This document shows, one piece after another, positions 1-15,300 of a stretch of DNA of 64,000 nucleotides. The stretch's first letter is position 1. The number at the start of each line of letters is the position of its first letter. Source of the DNA: Paraspadella gotoi (Eukaryota > Animalia > Chaetognatha). Location: assembly GCA_051294375.1 (NCBI GenBank), contig CM119267.1, forward strand, positions 8,718,843-8,782,842, written 5' to 3'. The notes under the pieces were generated by a model that was not told the DNA's origin, made no database searches, and saw nothing but the letters and a program-made list of their open reading frames with translations. The position numbers and the translations under genes are program-made.

Positions 1-878
1 TTTAATTTTATATTTTATTCTCCAATTACGTTCGTATTTAACTAAGATGTGTTAGTAATATTTTAATTAGCCTCCAATTTAGTAATTAACTTTCGTTCAA
101 ATTTTGTCTCTCTAAATTTTCTCAGTTCCAAAGTTTAATATTTCATAGATTCCCAGGAACTCAGCGCCTATTTTGTAAACATTTTGTCTAAGTAGAATAA
201 ACAAAGGAAGAGAGACGAGAGGGAGGCCGAGATTTTAGTACATTCAATTTTTAGATCTCAAGGGAGTAAGACGCAATATTTTAACAACTGTTTGATTTAT
301 TAATACAACTTTGGCAATCTACAATTATTTCAGGTAACTTCAAAAAACTAATTAGACAGATTATGCATAATCCAGCTCTCTATCTGTCATCTATTGAGGG
401 CCACAGGTCACGTTACCGACAGATGATTATACATCTTTTTCCACTTTTGGAGTTCTACCCGCTTTCCACTCGTTCCCAATTCCGTTTTTATCGCTCCTCA
501 GTCCTCGCACATCATACCCATTGGGTATTACCCAATCATCCTGCTCCTTTTCCTTTCCTCCAAAAATTCTCAATGTTCTCGACTTTCGGCAAATTCGTTT
601 CGAATCGGAGCGATTTGAAAATGGTTTCATTCTTCATCTTGTTTATATTGTGATGATTAATTTATAGAACTTTTTATAAATTCCTTAAATTTGTCAAAAT
701 ACAATACAATATACAATACATTTTTTCTGATGTAAATAAAATGATAAGAGTTTCGTTTTTTTAATAATTATTTGTAGTAGATTTTTTAGTGAGGTTGGAG
801 GGTGGGAGTTATTCGTTACTTTATATTTATTGTTTGATCTTGTCTATTCTGTCAATGTCAGTTGTCTTTCCATTATAA

Positions 879-3444
879 CCTCTCTCTCTCTCTCTCTCTC
901 NNNNNNNNNNNNNNNNNNNNNNNNNNNNNNNNNNNNNNNNNNNNNNNNNNNNNNNNNNNNNNNNNNNNNNNNNNNNNNNNNNNNNNNNNNNNNNNNNNNN
1001 NNNNNNNNNNNNNNNNNNNNNNNNNNNNNNNNNNNNNNNNNNNNNNNNNNNNNNNGGCGGCGGGAGGTAACTCGACGATGTTTTTGACGATCGATATAAA
1101 CATAAACATTAAACAAGATCAGCGGCGGCGACATCTCGCGGGAAGAGTTCTTATAAACAAATGCCCCCGCGGTGATGTTCTTCAGGCAGTGGGGAAGAGA
1201 AATCCTTTATAGAGTTTTAAAAGTTCATTGCATTTCAATCTTTGATGATGACTTTTTAAATTTCAATGTGAATTTGATCAAAATTGAGAATTTGAGGTAA
1301 ATCAATTTTGCGTATTCATTAGGATCTGAAAACACATGTTTATTGATTAAGTATATTTTATTATATCTAAAAGATGCATCAAGAATGTAAAAAAATTTCA
1401 GAAATTTTTTAAAGGTTAACCAAAAGGTAATCATTACGAAAAAAAAATCGAAAGTAGAGACTCGTTTTTCATTTAACCTGGACAATAATCGAAAGGCAAG
1501 TCTGCGGTCGAATTGGGACCCGACACGCAACGACTGCCCGACGTATCACCGCCACGGATCACCTCGCTCACCCACTTGATCACCCTCAATTTAGATTACA
1601 AACCGCGTTTCACCTACATCCCTTTATATCAANNNNNNNNNNNNNNNNNNNNNNNNNNNNNNNNNNNNNNNNNNNNNNNNNNNNNNNNNNNNNNNNNNNN
1701 NNNNNNNNNNNNNNNNNNNNNNNNNNNNNNNNNNNNNNNNNNNNNNNNNNNNNNNNNNNNNNNNNNNNNNNNNNNNNNNNNNNNNNNNNNNNNNNNNNNN
1801 NNNNNNNNNNNNNNNNNNNNNNNNNNNNNNNNNNNNNNNNNNNNNNNNNNNNNNNNNNNNNNNNGCCACGTCAGCAGGACGCAAACAACTTTTTTTTGTT
1901 TCAAATGTTATATATCATCTCAGTAGATTTGTCGTTTCTTTCTGCGACGTCGTTTCAAATAATTTTTTTCCCTTTTTTTTTTGTCCCACGTCTTTTTCGT
2001 CCGAGTCTCAACGAAGAGAGAGGATGAGACAAAGTCGAGGCTTTGGACAAGAAGAGGAAAACCAATTGCAATGACCATGACCATCTGAAACATCCTTTCC
2101 TTTCCTTTCCTTTTTTTTTCGTTTAATCTGCTGGCGAGAACTCGATTAGGAAATTTTCTATTGTCGGGCATATGTTCATTTTTATCGTTTAAGATTAATG
2201 GATTATATGTTATTACGAATATCAACTAAATTTGTTTTTATTAATTAAAACAGTTATATAAATTTAACTAAGAGAAATAAAAACTAGAGTAAATAATATA
2301 GCATCATTTTAATTATTTTCTCTTTATTTTAACCAGGAAAAAAATCTCCAGGGATAAATTTCGTTTCAAAATAGAACCTCATCATAAATTGGGAGTGCGT
2401 GACCGAATCCGCGACTTTTTTCCGACTTTTATATCCGCGACATTCCTCTTTGCAGCGACATCAAAAAATATTCTNNNNNNNNNNGAGGAAGGATAAACAT
2501 ATTACATCCAAAGTTGCAAGTTTTTTGACATTTTGAGTGGGTTTTTTTGGGGGGGGGGCAGCGGGGAGTTTTTTTTGGTTGTTTGATTTTTTTAAATATA
2601 TATATTGTATATATATAATTTATGATTTTGCCTTGTTCAAGTTTTTTTTTGTGCTTGTGTCTTTTAATAACTTGGAAAACGAGAAAAAAAATACTAGTAA
2701 ATGATTGTTGAAAACTTGTTTATTTTTTTGTTTCCTTTTCTCTTTTGGTTTAATTTTTTTTTCGGACGAAAAAAATGAAAAAAGATTGACGGACGAGAAG
2801 CGAATTGCATCCGGGGAAATTCACGAGAAACGAATTACATCCGGGTACATCCGCGCCCTTCTCGTCCGTCTGTGTCGACGTCCTTTGTTGTTGTCGTCGT
2901 TGATTTTTTTTTCGGTTGTTGTTGTTGTTGATTTTGTTATTTAGTCGTTGAAAAATCGATGAGAGTCAGAGACGCCGAAGGTCGAGGTGGCATGATTTCC
3001 TGGAAAAGAAGCGCGACGAAGGTAAGGTTAGAAAAGGTGAGTTTTCAATCGAATAACGAAGTGAGGGAGGGTGAACCGTGACCTGGCAAACGTACGATTC
3101 GTTGAAGGGATTAAATTATAAATCTGACTCTGAAAGTTTACAACAAAAAAAAAAACAAATCATTGCCTTTAAACATTTTAAGATTAATCGCGACTCTTGC
3201 GCAAGATTGAGGGCAAAAAGTCGTGTGGAAATGTTGCGATCGAAAAGAACAAGATGAATCTGATTTAACCGGGAAAAAAAAGAATAAAAAAATAGTTGTC
3301 CCGAAAAATCGAAGAGAAAAAGAAAAGGGAAAGAAGAGAGACAAAAAAAAATGTGCGAAAATAGAAAGTAGAGAAAAAAAAGGTATTGCGACCGGGAGGA
3401 TCAATGGCTAAAGGGGGGAGATTGGACCAGATGGGAATTTTTAT

Positions 3445-3475
<31 letters not shown>

Positions 3476-3495
3476 GGAGAGAGAAAGAGAGACAT

Positions 3496-3559
<64 letters not shown>

Positions 3560-3710
3560 GAAGAGAAATGGCGGGATTAAAAGAAGGCAATGATTAAGCA
3601 TGAGGCTGAAGCGGCTGCAAAAGAAGCAGAAGGAAAAAGTAGGGAAAAGGACTAGGATTCGAAGAAGAGAAACAAGATGGAAGCGATTCGATAATAATAA
3701 ATATGAATAA

Positions 3711-3742
<32 letters not shown>

Positions 3743-3753
3743 GAGCGAGAAGA

Positions 3754-3794
<41 letters not shown>

Positions 3795-6700
3795 AAAGAC
3801 GCGTCTTTCACTTGGGAATATTGCCTCGTGAATTAGAATAGCATCTATTCTATAAATAGATTTATTCAGAAGAGAAAAAATAAAACAAAAAAATGAATGA
3901 GGTGAAGNNNNNNNNNNNNNNNNNNNNNNNNNCTAAAAAAGAGAAAAAAATAAAAAAAAGAAAGAACAGAACCGAGTTTCTTTTTTTTAGGTTTCTTTCT
4001 GTCGAAGGCCGATCGCTCTAATTCAATGATTGATGAGTGACGCAATAACGAGTTTTCACTGGACGAACGCCACTTCAATTCGGATTTAATATTCAATCTT
4101 CAACGTCGCGTCCGGCCGATGAGATGGAAACGCAAGATTCCTTTTTTTCTTTTTTTTTGAGGGGGGGTGGGGGGGTTTCCGGGTGGGGTCGGGAAGGGGT
4201 GGGGTAGAGACGGGAGGGTGGGGTCGGAAGAGATCGAGCGTTAAAGGCGAAAAGACATCGAGATAAACGAGACAATCCAAGAATTGACCAGACGTGACCC
4301 GCGTCGTTGTCGTTGTGATTGCGCGCGCAAAAATAAAAAAAAATCCACATGCATATATTTGAGATTAGAATGCGTGTTAGATTCCGGGGGAGATATTTGA
4401 TTATCATTCATCATTGCGATGAAATGATAAAATTACCCACACAAGTTCTCTTACGTTAATATTACGTCATTTTTAAAACGTTCAATTTTTGTTTAGACAA
4501 ACGATGATCCAGCAGCACGACGGGAATGACGTCAAGCGAGAACGTCGACTTTGAAAATGACGATGACGACGATGACGAGAAGGGCGTTAAACGCGGTACT
4601 ATGACGTCACTGTAATCACCATGGTAACCGCTCCGATTCCGGAGTTCGTCTAGGATTAACTTCGGAGGAGAAAAGCTGGCGATGAAGGCGGCGGGCGGGG
4701 AGGAGAATGATTGCATCAGCGTTGGCGTTTGTGTTTAGTTGTCGGCGTTGGCGTCAGGGTTAGGGTTGGCGTTGGCGTTTGCGGACCTTGGCGAATAATC
4801 TCCGCGGATTTTGAAGCGGAACAAAAAAAAAACCTGAGCGTCTCTTTTCATATTCGCGATCCAATTCATATTTTCTTTTTTGTTGAATCGCGAAATTATT
4901 TTACTTTGAATAGTTTAAACAAAACTGCTGCATAAAGACAATTGAGACAAAGTTTTAAAAATCGCAGATCGTAAATATTTTTTTTTCTCATTTCTCAATT
5001 CATTAATATGGCATTTCATTGGAATCGCAACAATCGCAGCTGAAACGCGTCAATTTGCTCCGTTTGTCCATTCCGATAAACTCTTTACAATTCGCACGAG
5101 AGTTCAACGTCTCCAGTTTGTTTTAAGCGGCGAAAGACTGCGTCCCCTATGGGCGAATCGAAGAGGCTCGACGCACGTTCGTCGTTGGGTCAGAAAACAA
5201 AAGGCTCTTTTGGGGAAATTGAGACAAATTATCCTGCGGAAGCCGCGACGTCGCTTTCACTTACTCGCGTAATTTGGTTTCATTACGACGCAGGAAATAT
5301 ATTTTCTCTGGTTGGAAGGAAAAAAAATGAAAACAAATTTCTAGATAATGCATCTAAAACCTTGAACGAAAGGGTTAATAACTAATGTACTTAGAAAATA
5401 ATTGCCCCATAAAAGAGCACATTTTTTCCTAGCCGTGATGAAAATTGATTTGAATCGTACCGCGTTGGTTGGAATCGGATTGCGTGGGATCTACAAGGTC
5501 TCGCTCTTCCTCCACGCCGATCTGTACGGTTGTAATGACTCCCCCGTATCGACTCGCCATTTCAACGTACAAATTTCGTCCGTATTTCCGACCAGTCTTC
5601 TCGAAAAAGTAAAATTGTTGCGTGGGGGAATAGTGGTCGAGCGCTGACCTTTTGTCGGTTTTTTTTTCCCCCACGCTCAAAGTTTCGCGCGGCAGCCGCG
5701 GGGCGTCGCTTCGGTCGCTTTCCGCCGCTAGCGTCCCATTAATGCGTCTTTTCGAGGCGTCTCGGGATTTTTCCGAGGAGATCCCACAAACTTGGCGGCG
5801 GGAAAATTCTCGCGAGCGCCATTTTGTTTTAAAGTTTTCTTTCCGATGGAGTTTAATTTTGGTTTTCGGTTAAAGATTGTAATTGTAGTAAAACGTGGAG
5901 TGATGTAGAATTAAATTTTTTGCGCAACGCCGTAAAACATTGTCAATAAGAATTAAAGTATTTGCTTTGCAAAAACAATTATGGTAGAGGTTTAAGAAAA
6001 AAATACGGAGGAGGCATCCGCAAATCGCATCTTCAAATTGAGTAGATCAAAACGTTTCAATGTTTGATTATCACTTTTAACTTCCATCTTTCTACCATCT
6101 TCATCATAAAGCAAACTTTTATGACTTGGTCAACTGTTTTGGGGTCTTCATCCGGGCATTAGTCTCTCCACTCATGAGAAGTTGAGAACTATTCTCTTTT
6201 TAAAAGCTTTCTCTGATTTTTAATGCGTAAAAATTTTCCTCTTTGCTTCCACCTTTTCTCTTCTCTTCTCGATACAGTTTCTCTCTCTCTCACTCTCTCT
6301 CTCTCTCTNNNNNNNNNNNNNNNNNNNNNNNNNNNNNNNNCCGCCCCGTCGCATTCGTCCACCTCCGTTAGCGACGCAAAAAAAAAATCCTACATCCCGC
6401 GCGACTGGGCCGAGGATCCGAGTCTGGTCCCGCCCTCGCGATTTGGTGGACGGAAACGAGCGGAATCCAATTGCATTCGGATTTAGAGCGAAGCCGCGTT
6501 ACCAATTTCTATTTACATCCGGCATTTGGTTTCGATTCGTCGGAATTTTGCGCAGTCATTCCGTCTCTCTGTCTCCGCGATTCGCGTTCGCTCTCTCTNN
6601 NNNNNNNNNNNNNNNNNNNNNNNNNNNNNNNNNNNNNNNNNNNNNNNNNNNNNNNNNNNNNNNNNNNNNNNNNNNNNNNNNNNNNNNNNNNNNNNNNNNN

Positions 6701-7707
6701 NNNNNNNNNNNNNNNNNNNNNNNNNNNNNNNNNNNNNNNNNNNNNNNNNNNNNNNNNNNNNNNNNNNNNNNNNNNNNNNNNNNNNNNNNNNNNNNNNNNN
6801 NNNNNNNNNNNNNNNNNNNNNNNNNNNNNNNNNNNNNNNNNNNNNNNNNNNNNNNNNNNNNNNNNNNNNNNNNNNNNNNNNNNNNNNNNNNNNNNNNNNN
6901 NNNTCTCTCTCTCGGTGATTTTGGGGCTTTGAAAAATTGGTCGTGACAACCGAGAATGGATATTAGAGGACCTCTGCCAGTCGGCGGTCATGCGGAAAGG
7001 CCGGGGAAAGAACCGGGACGCGCCCATTCATACCCATTCACGCCCGTTCACGGCCTTTTCCGGGTTTTTTTTTCCCCTAACCGCTTTTAAACTCGGTGTT
7101 TTTCTATTTGGTGGATTTTTTTATTTTCTTTTTGCCACTTTTAAAAGGAAAATTTAATGTTAGGGGCGTGAATGGATCGATTGACCTCTTGGCCTTGCGA
7201 CGGTAATATCCAATCAATGTTGGCCTTACGTCTACCTAGGCTATAGAGGTAGAGCAAATTTCTCGAGGATAAATTTTGATAGAGATTTAGCTCAACTTCG
7301 CCAGATGCACTCAAAATTTATTATCCATGAATAATTGAATATATTCCCGAATCAGTCATTACTAATTAATATATTAATTTTACCCACTTGCGCACCCATA
7401 TTTGATTGGCCATTATGCATTATGCAATACGGGCGACTTTCCTGAACTCAGCATGCCGGAAAATAGAGAAATAATTACCCAGAAGGTAAGTGACGTTTGA
7501 GCTAGGTTGCCATTGACAACGCTTTGACTAACAAATGATGACTCGTGTCGAGGAAAAAAGAAAAAACAGAGGTATTACGAAAAAGGAATCTGCTTTGTGG
7601 CCCACCGGGCAAAGACTCGGCAAAGAGTCGACAATCAGGAAGAATTTATTCATGGCGGCGTTTCGCAATGGGAACCCCTATCGAAAGACGAGAAGCAAGA
7701 TTCAAAG

Positions 7708-7745
<38 letters not shown>

Positions 7746-9721
7746 NNNNNNNNNNNNNNNNNNNNNNNNNNNNNNNNNNNNNNNNNNNNNNNNNNNNNNN
7801 NNNNNNNNNNNNNNNNNNNNNNNNNNNNNNNNNNNNNNNNNNNNNNNNNNNCTCTCTCTCTCTCTCTCTCTCTCTTGCCATTCCGAGATCACGCAATCGA
7901 CATTAAGGTGTAGTTATGACTCGTTGCATTAGGTTCTGGCATTTATGAAGAAATCTTATTCCCAGATTTCAATAAGAAACGGTGCAATACTTCGGCGATC
8001 TCAGTTTTAAAGCGCCATGAGAATTTAGTAAACCGCTTTTAATAAAACATAATACATAATTTAAAAATAGTACGATCTCATGACATAATACATCGTCGGA
8101 ATGGAGGATTCTTGCGCTTTTGACCTCGGCCGAATCCGACGAGTCTTAATTGTTGATCTCCGTCGATGATCGATCGAACGATTAGAAGACGAAGATCCAC
8201 CCGGTCCTCGACCCCNNNNNNNNNNNNNNNNNNNNNNNNNNNNNNNNNNNNNNNNNNNNNNNNNNNNNNNNNNNNNNNNNNNNNNNNNNNNNNNNNNNNN
8301 NNNNNNNNNNNNNNNNNNNNNNNNNNNNNNNNNNNNNNNNNNNNNNNNNNNNNNNNNNNNNNNNNNNNNNNNNNGAGAAGAAAATACGACACTCCTCCCC
8401 TACCCTTGTTTTGCCTTCTTTAGGGAGAGAAAACCGGCGTAATTCATTTCTTAAGAAGCCGGAAGTTTCGGGGCTGAAAATCGATGCTTTGTGATTTTGA
8501 TGACTCTTTTAGGCGCCAAAGATGGTTTAGTAGTGGCGCCAGCGATGCTTGAGTGGCGCGCCGATGCTTTGCGGAGCGTTTTGAAGACTTCAAGTATTGT
8601 TTGATTTAGNNNNNNNNNNNNNNNNNNNNNNNNNNNNNNNNNNNNNNNNNNNNNNNNNNNNNNNNNNNNNNNNNNNNNNNNNNNNNNNNNNNNNNNNNNN
8701 NNNNNNNNNNNNNNNNNNNNNNNNNNNNNNNNNNNNNNNNNNNNNNNNNNNNNNNNNNNNNNNNNNNNNNNNNNNNNNNNNNNNNNNNNNNNNNNNNNNN
8801 NNNNNNNNNNNNNNNNNNNNNNNNNNNNNNNNNNNNNNNNNNNNNNNNNNNNNNNNNNNNNNNNNNNNNNNNNNNNNNNNNNNNNNNNNNNNNNNNNNNN
8901 NNNNNNNNNNNNNNNNNNNNNNNNNNNNNNNNNNNNNNNNNNNNNNNNNNNNNNNNNNNNNNNNNNNNNNNNNNNNNNNNNNNNNNNNNNNNNNNNNNNG
9001 AGAGAGAGAAAGAGAGAGAGAAGGAGAGAGTGAGATTATTAGCATGATGAACCTCGCCGAATATGTTAAGAAGGCAAATAAAGCCGTTATTTGCATAAAC
9101 GCGTCGTAGATTTTTAGTTTCCATTTTTTTTTATTTGACGAAGGAAAAGCACGATTCGTCAAAGCGCATGCGCGAAACCAACGCGTAGTTTGTTTCCGAC
9201 ATTTTTTTTTACAGAAACCGCGGCGGACCTCTCTTCCGAAATTTTTGTCAAGAGAAAATAGCGCTTCAAAACATTTTCTTTCGTTTGCAGTAATCGTTTC
9301 CAAGAAATATGTATATTGTATACAACTATACATGTATTGTATAAGGATNNNNNNNNNNNNNNNNNNNNNNNNNNNNNNNNNNNNNNNNNNNNNNNNNNNN
9401 NNNNNNNNNNNNNNNNNNNNNNNNNNNNNNNNNNNNNNNNNNNNNNNNNNNNNNNNNNNNNNNNNNNNNNNNNNNNNNNNNNNNNNNNNNNNNNNNNNNN
9501 NNNNNNNNNNNNNNNNNNNNNNNNNNNNNNNNNNNNNNNNNNNNNNNNNNNNNNNNNNNNNNNNNNNNNNNNNNNNNNNNNNNNNNNNNNNNNNNNNNNN
9601 NNNNNNNNNNNNNNNNNNNNNNNNNNNNNNNNNNNNNNNNNNNNNNNNNNNNNNNNNNNNNNNNNNNNNNNNNNNNNNNNNNNNNNNNNNNNNNNNNNNN
9701 NNNNNNNNNNNCATTTTCCTT

Positions 9722-9772
<51 letters not shown>

Positions 9773-9962
9773 CTCTCTCTCTCTCTCTCTCTCTCGTTTC
9801 CTCCGCTATTCCGTTCCCCTCCTCCGAAAACTTTCCTCCTCTTCGTCCTACCTCCTCCTCCTCTTCCTCCTTCCTCTCCTCTCTTGCCTCCCGGTCGCGT
9901 GGAGTCCATTGGCGTCTTCGTTGAGAAAGTCTTTTCGCTTTCAGCCTCATTTTTTCTCTTTG

Positions 9963-9996
<34 letters not shown>

Positions 9997-10018
9997 CTCT
10001 CTCTTCTCTCTCTCTCTC
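879..10018. repeat. Cluster of (CT)n/(GA)n microsatellites, most abutting N gaps
   Basis: Runs at 879-900, 3444-3560, 3711-3790, 6280-6308, 7713-7745, 7852-7874, 9718-9795 and 9963-10018; similar runs recur throughout the window. Confidence 0.9.
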
Positions 10019-10836
10019 GAGGCGGGAGAAAATGTCGATAAAGTTGTATATTACGGGGCGCGCATTTTTCGCTGCTCTTTTGTCGGCTTCCGTGGCGCGC
10101 GCCATTTCATAATTGTTTCTCTACCACTTGGGGGCTCATGTTTCTTCCTGGGAGGCTTTGGCAGAGATTTTTTGTATATTTCAGAGTGATTTGAACTTTT
10201 TTGTTAATTGCAAGCTCAATTCTATCCAACTTCTTTGTTAAAGTCTAGATTTTAAGCGTTTTGAAGGTAGTAAAACTTTGAGCTTTGAAATAGCATGTTA
10301 ACTTTTGAGGAAGCTATCTCCGTAGCTTTAATGATAATAAATAATTATTATTAAAAGTATTTACTAATAGAAAGACTTTCCACAAATTTTCAATGAAAAC
10401 AAGTTTACATTCACAATTTTATAAGCAAATGGAAATTTCATCTACAATCATCTACAATCATCTACAATCTGAAAACGGAATTGGGAAAAAATGATTTTTT
10501 TGAGGTTATATTGATAAAACATTTTTTGATGATAAAAGATTGTTTTTCTATATAGTTTTTTTTATTTATTTTAATTTTATTTAGGTCAAAAATGGTTGAC
10601 ACCTATCCCTACAGATATTTTATGCTGAATTTGTTCAGCCAATTTCACGTTATAAACATTTTATAATAGGCAAAAGTCATTGACTCTTATTGACTAAAAA
10701 AAAGAAACTAATTTTTTTTTTTTACCAATCGATTTTGAACGCTTTGCTCGATTTTATCGGGACTTGGACCAATTGCTTCATCTTTCAATAAGCTTTGTTC
10801 TATGTTTCTATATCTTAGTAGAATTCAGCCATCCAA

Positions 10837-12086
10837 TACGGTTTTTCTGATGTGAAAAAGTGTCTTCTTTTTTTAGCGCCGCAGTGTAAATAATATTACC
10901 GGCATAAAATCCCATTAGCTTTTCGAATTCTTTGAAGAATAACAAAGTGGAGCAGATAAAAGTCATTGCAATTTCTTTCCCTCTGTTGGAGGTCACGTCA
11001 AGGGGAGCGAGGTATGCATCGGAGTCTCCAACGACGCCCACGGATAAGGGCGGTAAGCGGACGGCGCAGTCGACAGATGCTAAAGTCTTATCGTATGGAT
11101 CTAAGAGACATGAGAAGCACACAATATGACAGGGAGACGCTGACCAAGAACTCCGTATTCTGACACTTATCATTTATACATATAAAGCACGATACTCATT
11201 CATCTGAAAAGTAAACAAAAGCAAATAAGGTAAATAAAAGCAATCATTATTTATATTTGTATTGAAGAACAGTTCTTTAATTGTTCGTAGCAAATTGTTC
11301 TTCATCTCGAGTCTCTCGATGTCCGCACGAATTTGTCTCCGACACCTCGATGTTGTGGGACGCGATCCTGGGGACCATCGTAATAATTTTTGATTTTTGA
11401 CTTAAGTACTTCCAAGTGTAATCTCCAAGCACTTTGTTAACAAACAATAAAGTAATCCAAACTAGTTTTTCACTTTAACGAAATATACGGTTTTTCTGAT
11501 GTGAAAAAGTGTCTTCTTTTTTTAGCGCCGCAGTGTAAATAATATTACCGGCATAAAATCCCATTAGCTTTTCGAATTCTTTGAAGAATAACAAAGTGGA
11601 GCAGATAAAAGTCATTGCAATTTCTTTCCCTCTGTTGGAGGTCACGTCAAGGGAGCGAGGTATGCATCGGAGTCTCCAACGACGCCCACCGATAAGGGCG
11701 GTAAGCGACGGCGCAGTCGACAGATGCTAAAGTCTTATCGTATGGATCTAAGAGACATGAGAAGCACACAATATGACAGGGAGACGCTGACCAAGAACTC
11801 CGTATTCTACACTTATCATTTATACATATAAAGCACGATACTCATTCATCTGAAAAGTAAACAAAAGCAAATAAGGTAATAAAAGAAATCATTATTTATA
11901 TTGTATCGAAGAACAGTTCTTTAATTGTTCGTAGCAAATTGTTCTTCATTCGAGTCTCTCGATGTCCGCACGAATTTGTCTCGACACCTCGATGTTGTGG
12001 GACGCGATCCATGGGGACCATCGTAATAATTTTTGATTTTTGACTTGTACTTCCAAGTGTAATCTCCAAGCACTTTGTTAACAAAT
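10837..12086. repeat. Tandem ~0.6-kb duplication (about 10837-11445 and 11485-12086) ending at a 25-N gap
   Basis: Near-identical copies differing by small indels; 11447-11486 also matches 21702-21741. Confidence 0.8.
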
Positions 12087-12399
12087 ANNNNNNNNNNNNN
12101 NNNNNNNNNNNNATATATTAAATATAATAGAGGGATAGAGAGTGAGATAGGGATAGGGAAGCCACGGGGTACTGCTGAGGAGTGAGAAAAACGCGGACTG
12201 TGAGGGAGAGTCTTGAATTGAAAGATTGCAGGACCTGCTCTTGTCATTATTCTTGTAAGAGTGATGAGGCCTTAAAACCACTCCAAAGCCTGTCCGAAAT
12301 AAGTCAGGAGAGTGCAACGATAATGGCCATGTGATATTTATTAATATGAATGGAAAATTATTTATATTGGTTGTCCCCAAAGTAGTTCATAGACTCCAA

Positions 12400-15300
12400 G
12401 CTCTTAATTAAAATCAGAATAAATATAAAATACAAATAAAGAATCAAATTTTAAATTTTAATTTAGAATGCGTGTCAGTAATACTGTTTCCTTCCAGTCA
12501 CCTCTATGTAATTTTATCATGAGTCTCTCTTTCCTCAACAATCTTCAATACTAATTATCTTTCTCAATTTTCAAAAGTTTCCACAGAATTCAATTATCGT
12601 GTTCTGCTGGAAGAGAGAACAGTTTTAAATTTGAACAACGAGTTTATCGCGACATGTTTTTCCGCCTTCTTTACTGCTATCCGCATGTCTTTTTATCCCT
12701 ATTGCATTTGATATTTCTTCTTACTACAAGTTCTTCTCTTTCTCCTCATCTCTCCGTCTAAATCTTCCCACAAATTGCGATACTCTAAATTTAATTATCT
12801 AATGATGGCTGTAGTGAAGAGCTTCCTAGATAGCAGAGGCTTATTTTAATATCGAATTTCTATGTCAGATAAACTCGGTTGTTCCCAATTTTCAAAAACC
12901 GTTCCCCTTTCCTTAAATCCATAAAGATGGTCCAAGTGCATTTTTGCTTTTCTCGCCGTTACCTCGAAAAACAGATTATCATGCTTCTTATCGCTCCCTA
13001 ATGTGTGTTACTGTTTATTTTTCATAAAAATTTCTAGTTTTTAGTTTTCTTATCTTTATCTCATGTATAATTTCACGTTCTTGCTTTAGTTATATATATT
13101 AATAGAAAAAAAAATATAGATAATGAAGAAAAACTGAGAGATATTAAGAAGATCCTTCCTGCATTTGATCATTCCTGTATGGATGTGGTAGAAAGAAAAA
13201 AAGGTAAATCGCCGAGACGCCAGAAGCGGCCTCTCTGGATCGGAAACCACTTTTCGGCGTCCTTTGACCCTTTTTTGGACCCTTTTATGACAACTCGACA
13301 CTCTAAGCGGTTTTGTCGCCATTCAGAAGGTCTCTCTCTTCTCCGACTTGAATCTATATTTCTAAAGAAGGTTATCCACCATCTGATCACGATAAAAAAA
13401 CAGAATTTGCCTCTACTCTTTCTTCTCTTCGTGTTTTCGTTCATTATCGGCCCTGTTCATTTTTAAAATAATTACTCACATACCACTATTTAATTTGAAA
13501 TGATTTATCTTTCTCTCATCATTTAGCTTTACGAACATGTCTCAGAAACCAAAGTTTGTGTCTCTCTCTTCCTGCCAAAATATGGTCGACTCAGTTCTGC
13601 GTTTTCTGAGTTCAAATAAATCGATGTCATAAAGGTTCAGAGATCCTACTACATTTTTGATTCAGTCTTTTGAATATTATCAGTATCATTCTTTTCATTG
13701 GGTTTTATTTTTCGAAATAATTAATTATATGAAAATATGTAACGAGGAAAATTAACAACCAATAATTCATTTCAGTATTCCTTTCATATAATACAATGAA
13801 AGCTGATCTTGCCTCACGCTGACTTTTCTTCGCGACAGAATTTTGGTTGTTTATAGGCCTGCGCGCCTACTTTTAGGACTTCTCACAGTTCTCATTTATT
13901 CAAACCATACCGCCAGCTTTATATTTTACTCGTGTACCTTAACCTTAGAATTTATTTATTAATGTATCTCGACTTGTTATTGCTTTGGACTTCCCTTTAA
14001 ATATTCTCGTTTCTCTGTCAAATTTCTCCCCTCGTTCATCCTCCCCCATATCTTCTAATCGTGTGTTCCCTGACTTGCGTTGAACGCTTTCTTCACTTCT
14101 TTTTGTATTTTCTTCTTCCTTCAAACTATCATCTCCATGCTCCAACATTATGCATTTTTTCCTCCTCCTGCATCCAACGACGGCTGTACTGCTCCTCAAG
14201 ACTTACTTTTTATCTTTATCTGTCATAAACTTCATGACAATTCCCGCCCTTGCCATTTAGTAACCCTCCATCCATTTTTCTCTTCCTGTGACCTTTCTCT
14301 CCCCACGTATTTATCTTTCCGCGTTTTTCTCTCGCTTTATCCTTCTACCCAATGTATAATAAACTTCACCCTAAGTGTAATGCACATTATAGATTCAATA
14401 TATTGACCTCCCCCTTAATTCTCGCTATCTATCTTTCCTATTATCCTCTCCTTGGTTCCTATTTATTCTGCATCTTTCTCTTCCTCCTATATGTCTCCCT
14501 CTCCCTTTCCTCCTTTTCTCTCGCTTTCCTCCGAGCCTTCCTTACTTTATCCCCGTGTGTGTCTGCCGACATAACCACTGTTCCCCATTCAGTTTCCCCC
14601 TCCTAGCGCCCTTTCCTCTTCTTTCCTCCGCTTGTCCTCTCCTTATGAATTTTCTGGGATAACCCAAGCAAAAAACTATGTAAACAAACAAGGCTACCCA
14701 CTCTTTCTCACATTTGCCCCCGTGCTCCCCTCTACCCTCGCATCTTTACTCCGAGCACTCCCGTTCAATAATATCGCTTTACTGATGAAAACCCCATCAC
14801 CATCACCTTTTTCCTACCTTATCCCAAATACTTTCTCCAAGTATCCTGCGCGACAATAGGTGCTCTCTTCCAATCCCCAGTTTGTGCCATCTTCCCCACT
14901 GTATTTCGCGCGTGTCTTCCTTCCTCGCTTCCCTTCCGGCCTTATATGGCCTTACTCTTTCTTCACGACCACATAATGATAGTCCTCTCCATTACTAATT
15001 GTGTGTACCCACACCTGACCTAGCCTCCTGCTCCCCTCTCCCTCTACCGACTAATGTCCATTATCTTCTTCCTTCCTCTCTCCTTTACCTTTTCTCATTA
15101 TGTTCTCTACTCTAACAGCAGCGATAATCCACAATGAATCCCCACTGTTCCTTTTCCAAACCTCTCCAGCTTGCCTGCCTTTCTCGGCGTATTCGCGTCC
15201 TCCCCGTGTTCTCCTCTTTCTTGTTCCTTTCCCGATCTTACCTCCCTCGGCCTTCTTTGCCTTTTCTATTCCCTTTTCTTGCTTCTCCTCTTCTTCTTCG

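Noticed and set aside
830-10189. Long ORFs containing X runs and SL/ER repeats
   Set aside because: They are open only because of N gaps and (CT)n/(GA)n microsatellites.
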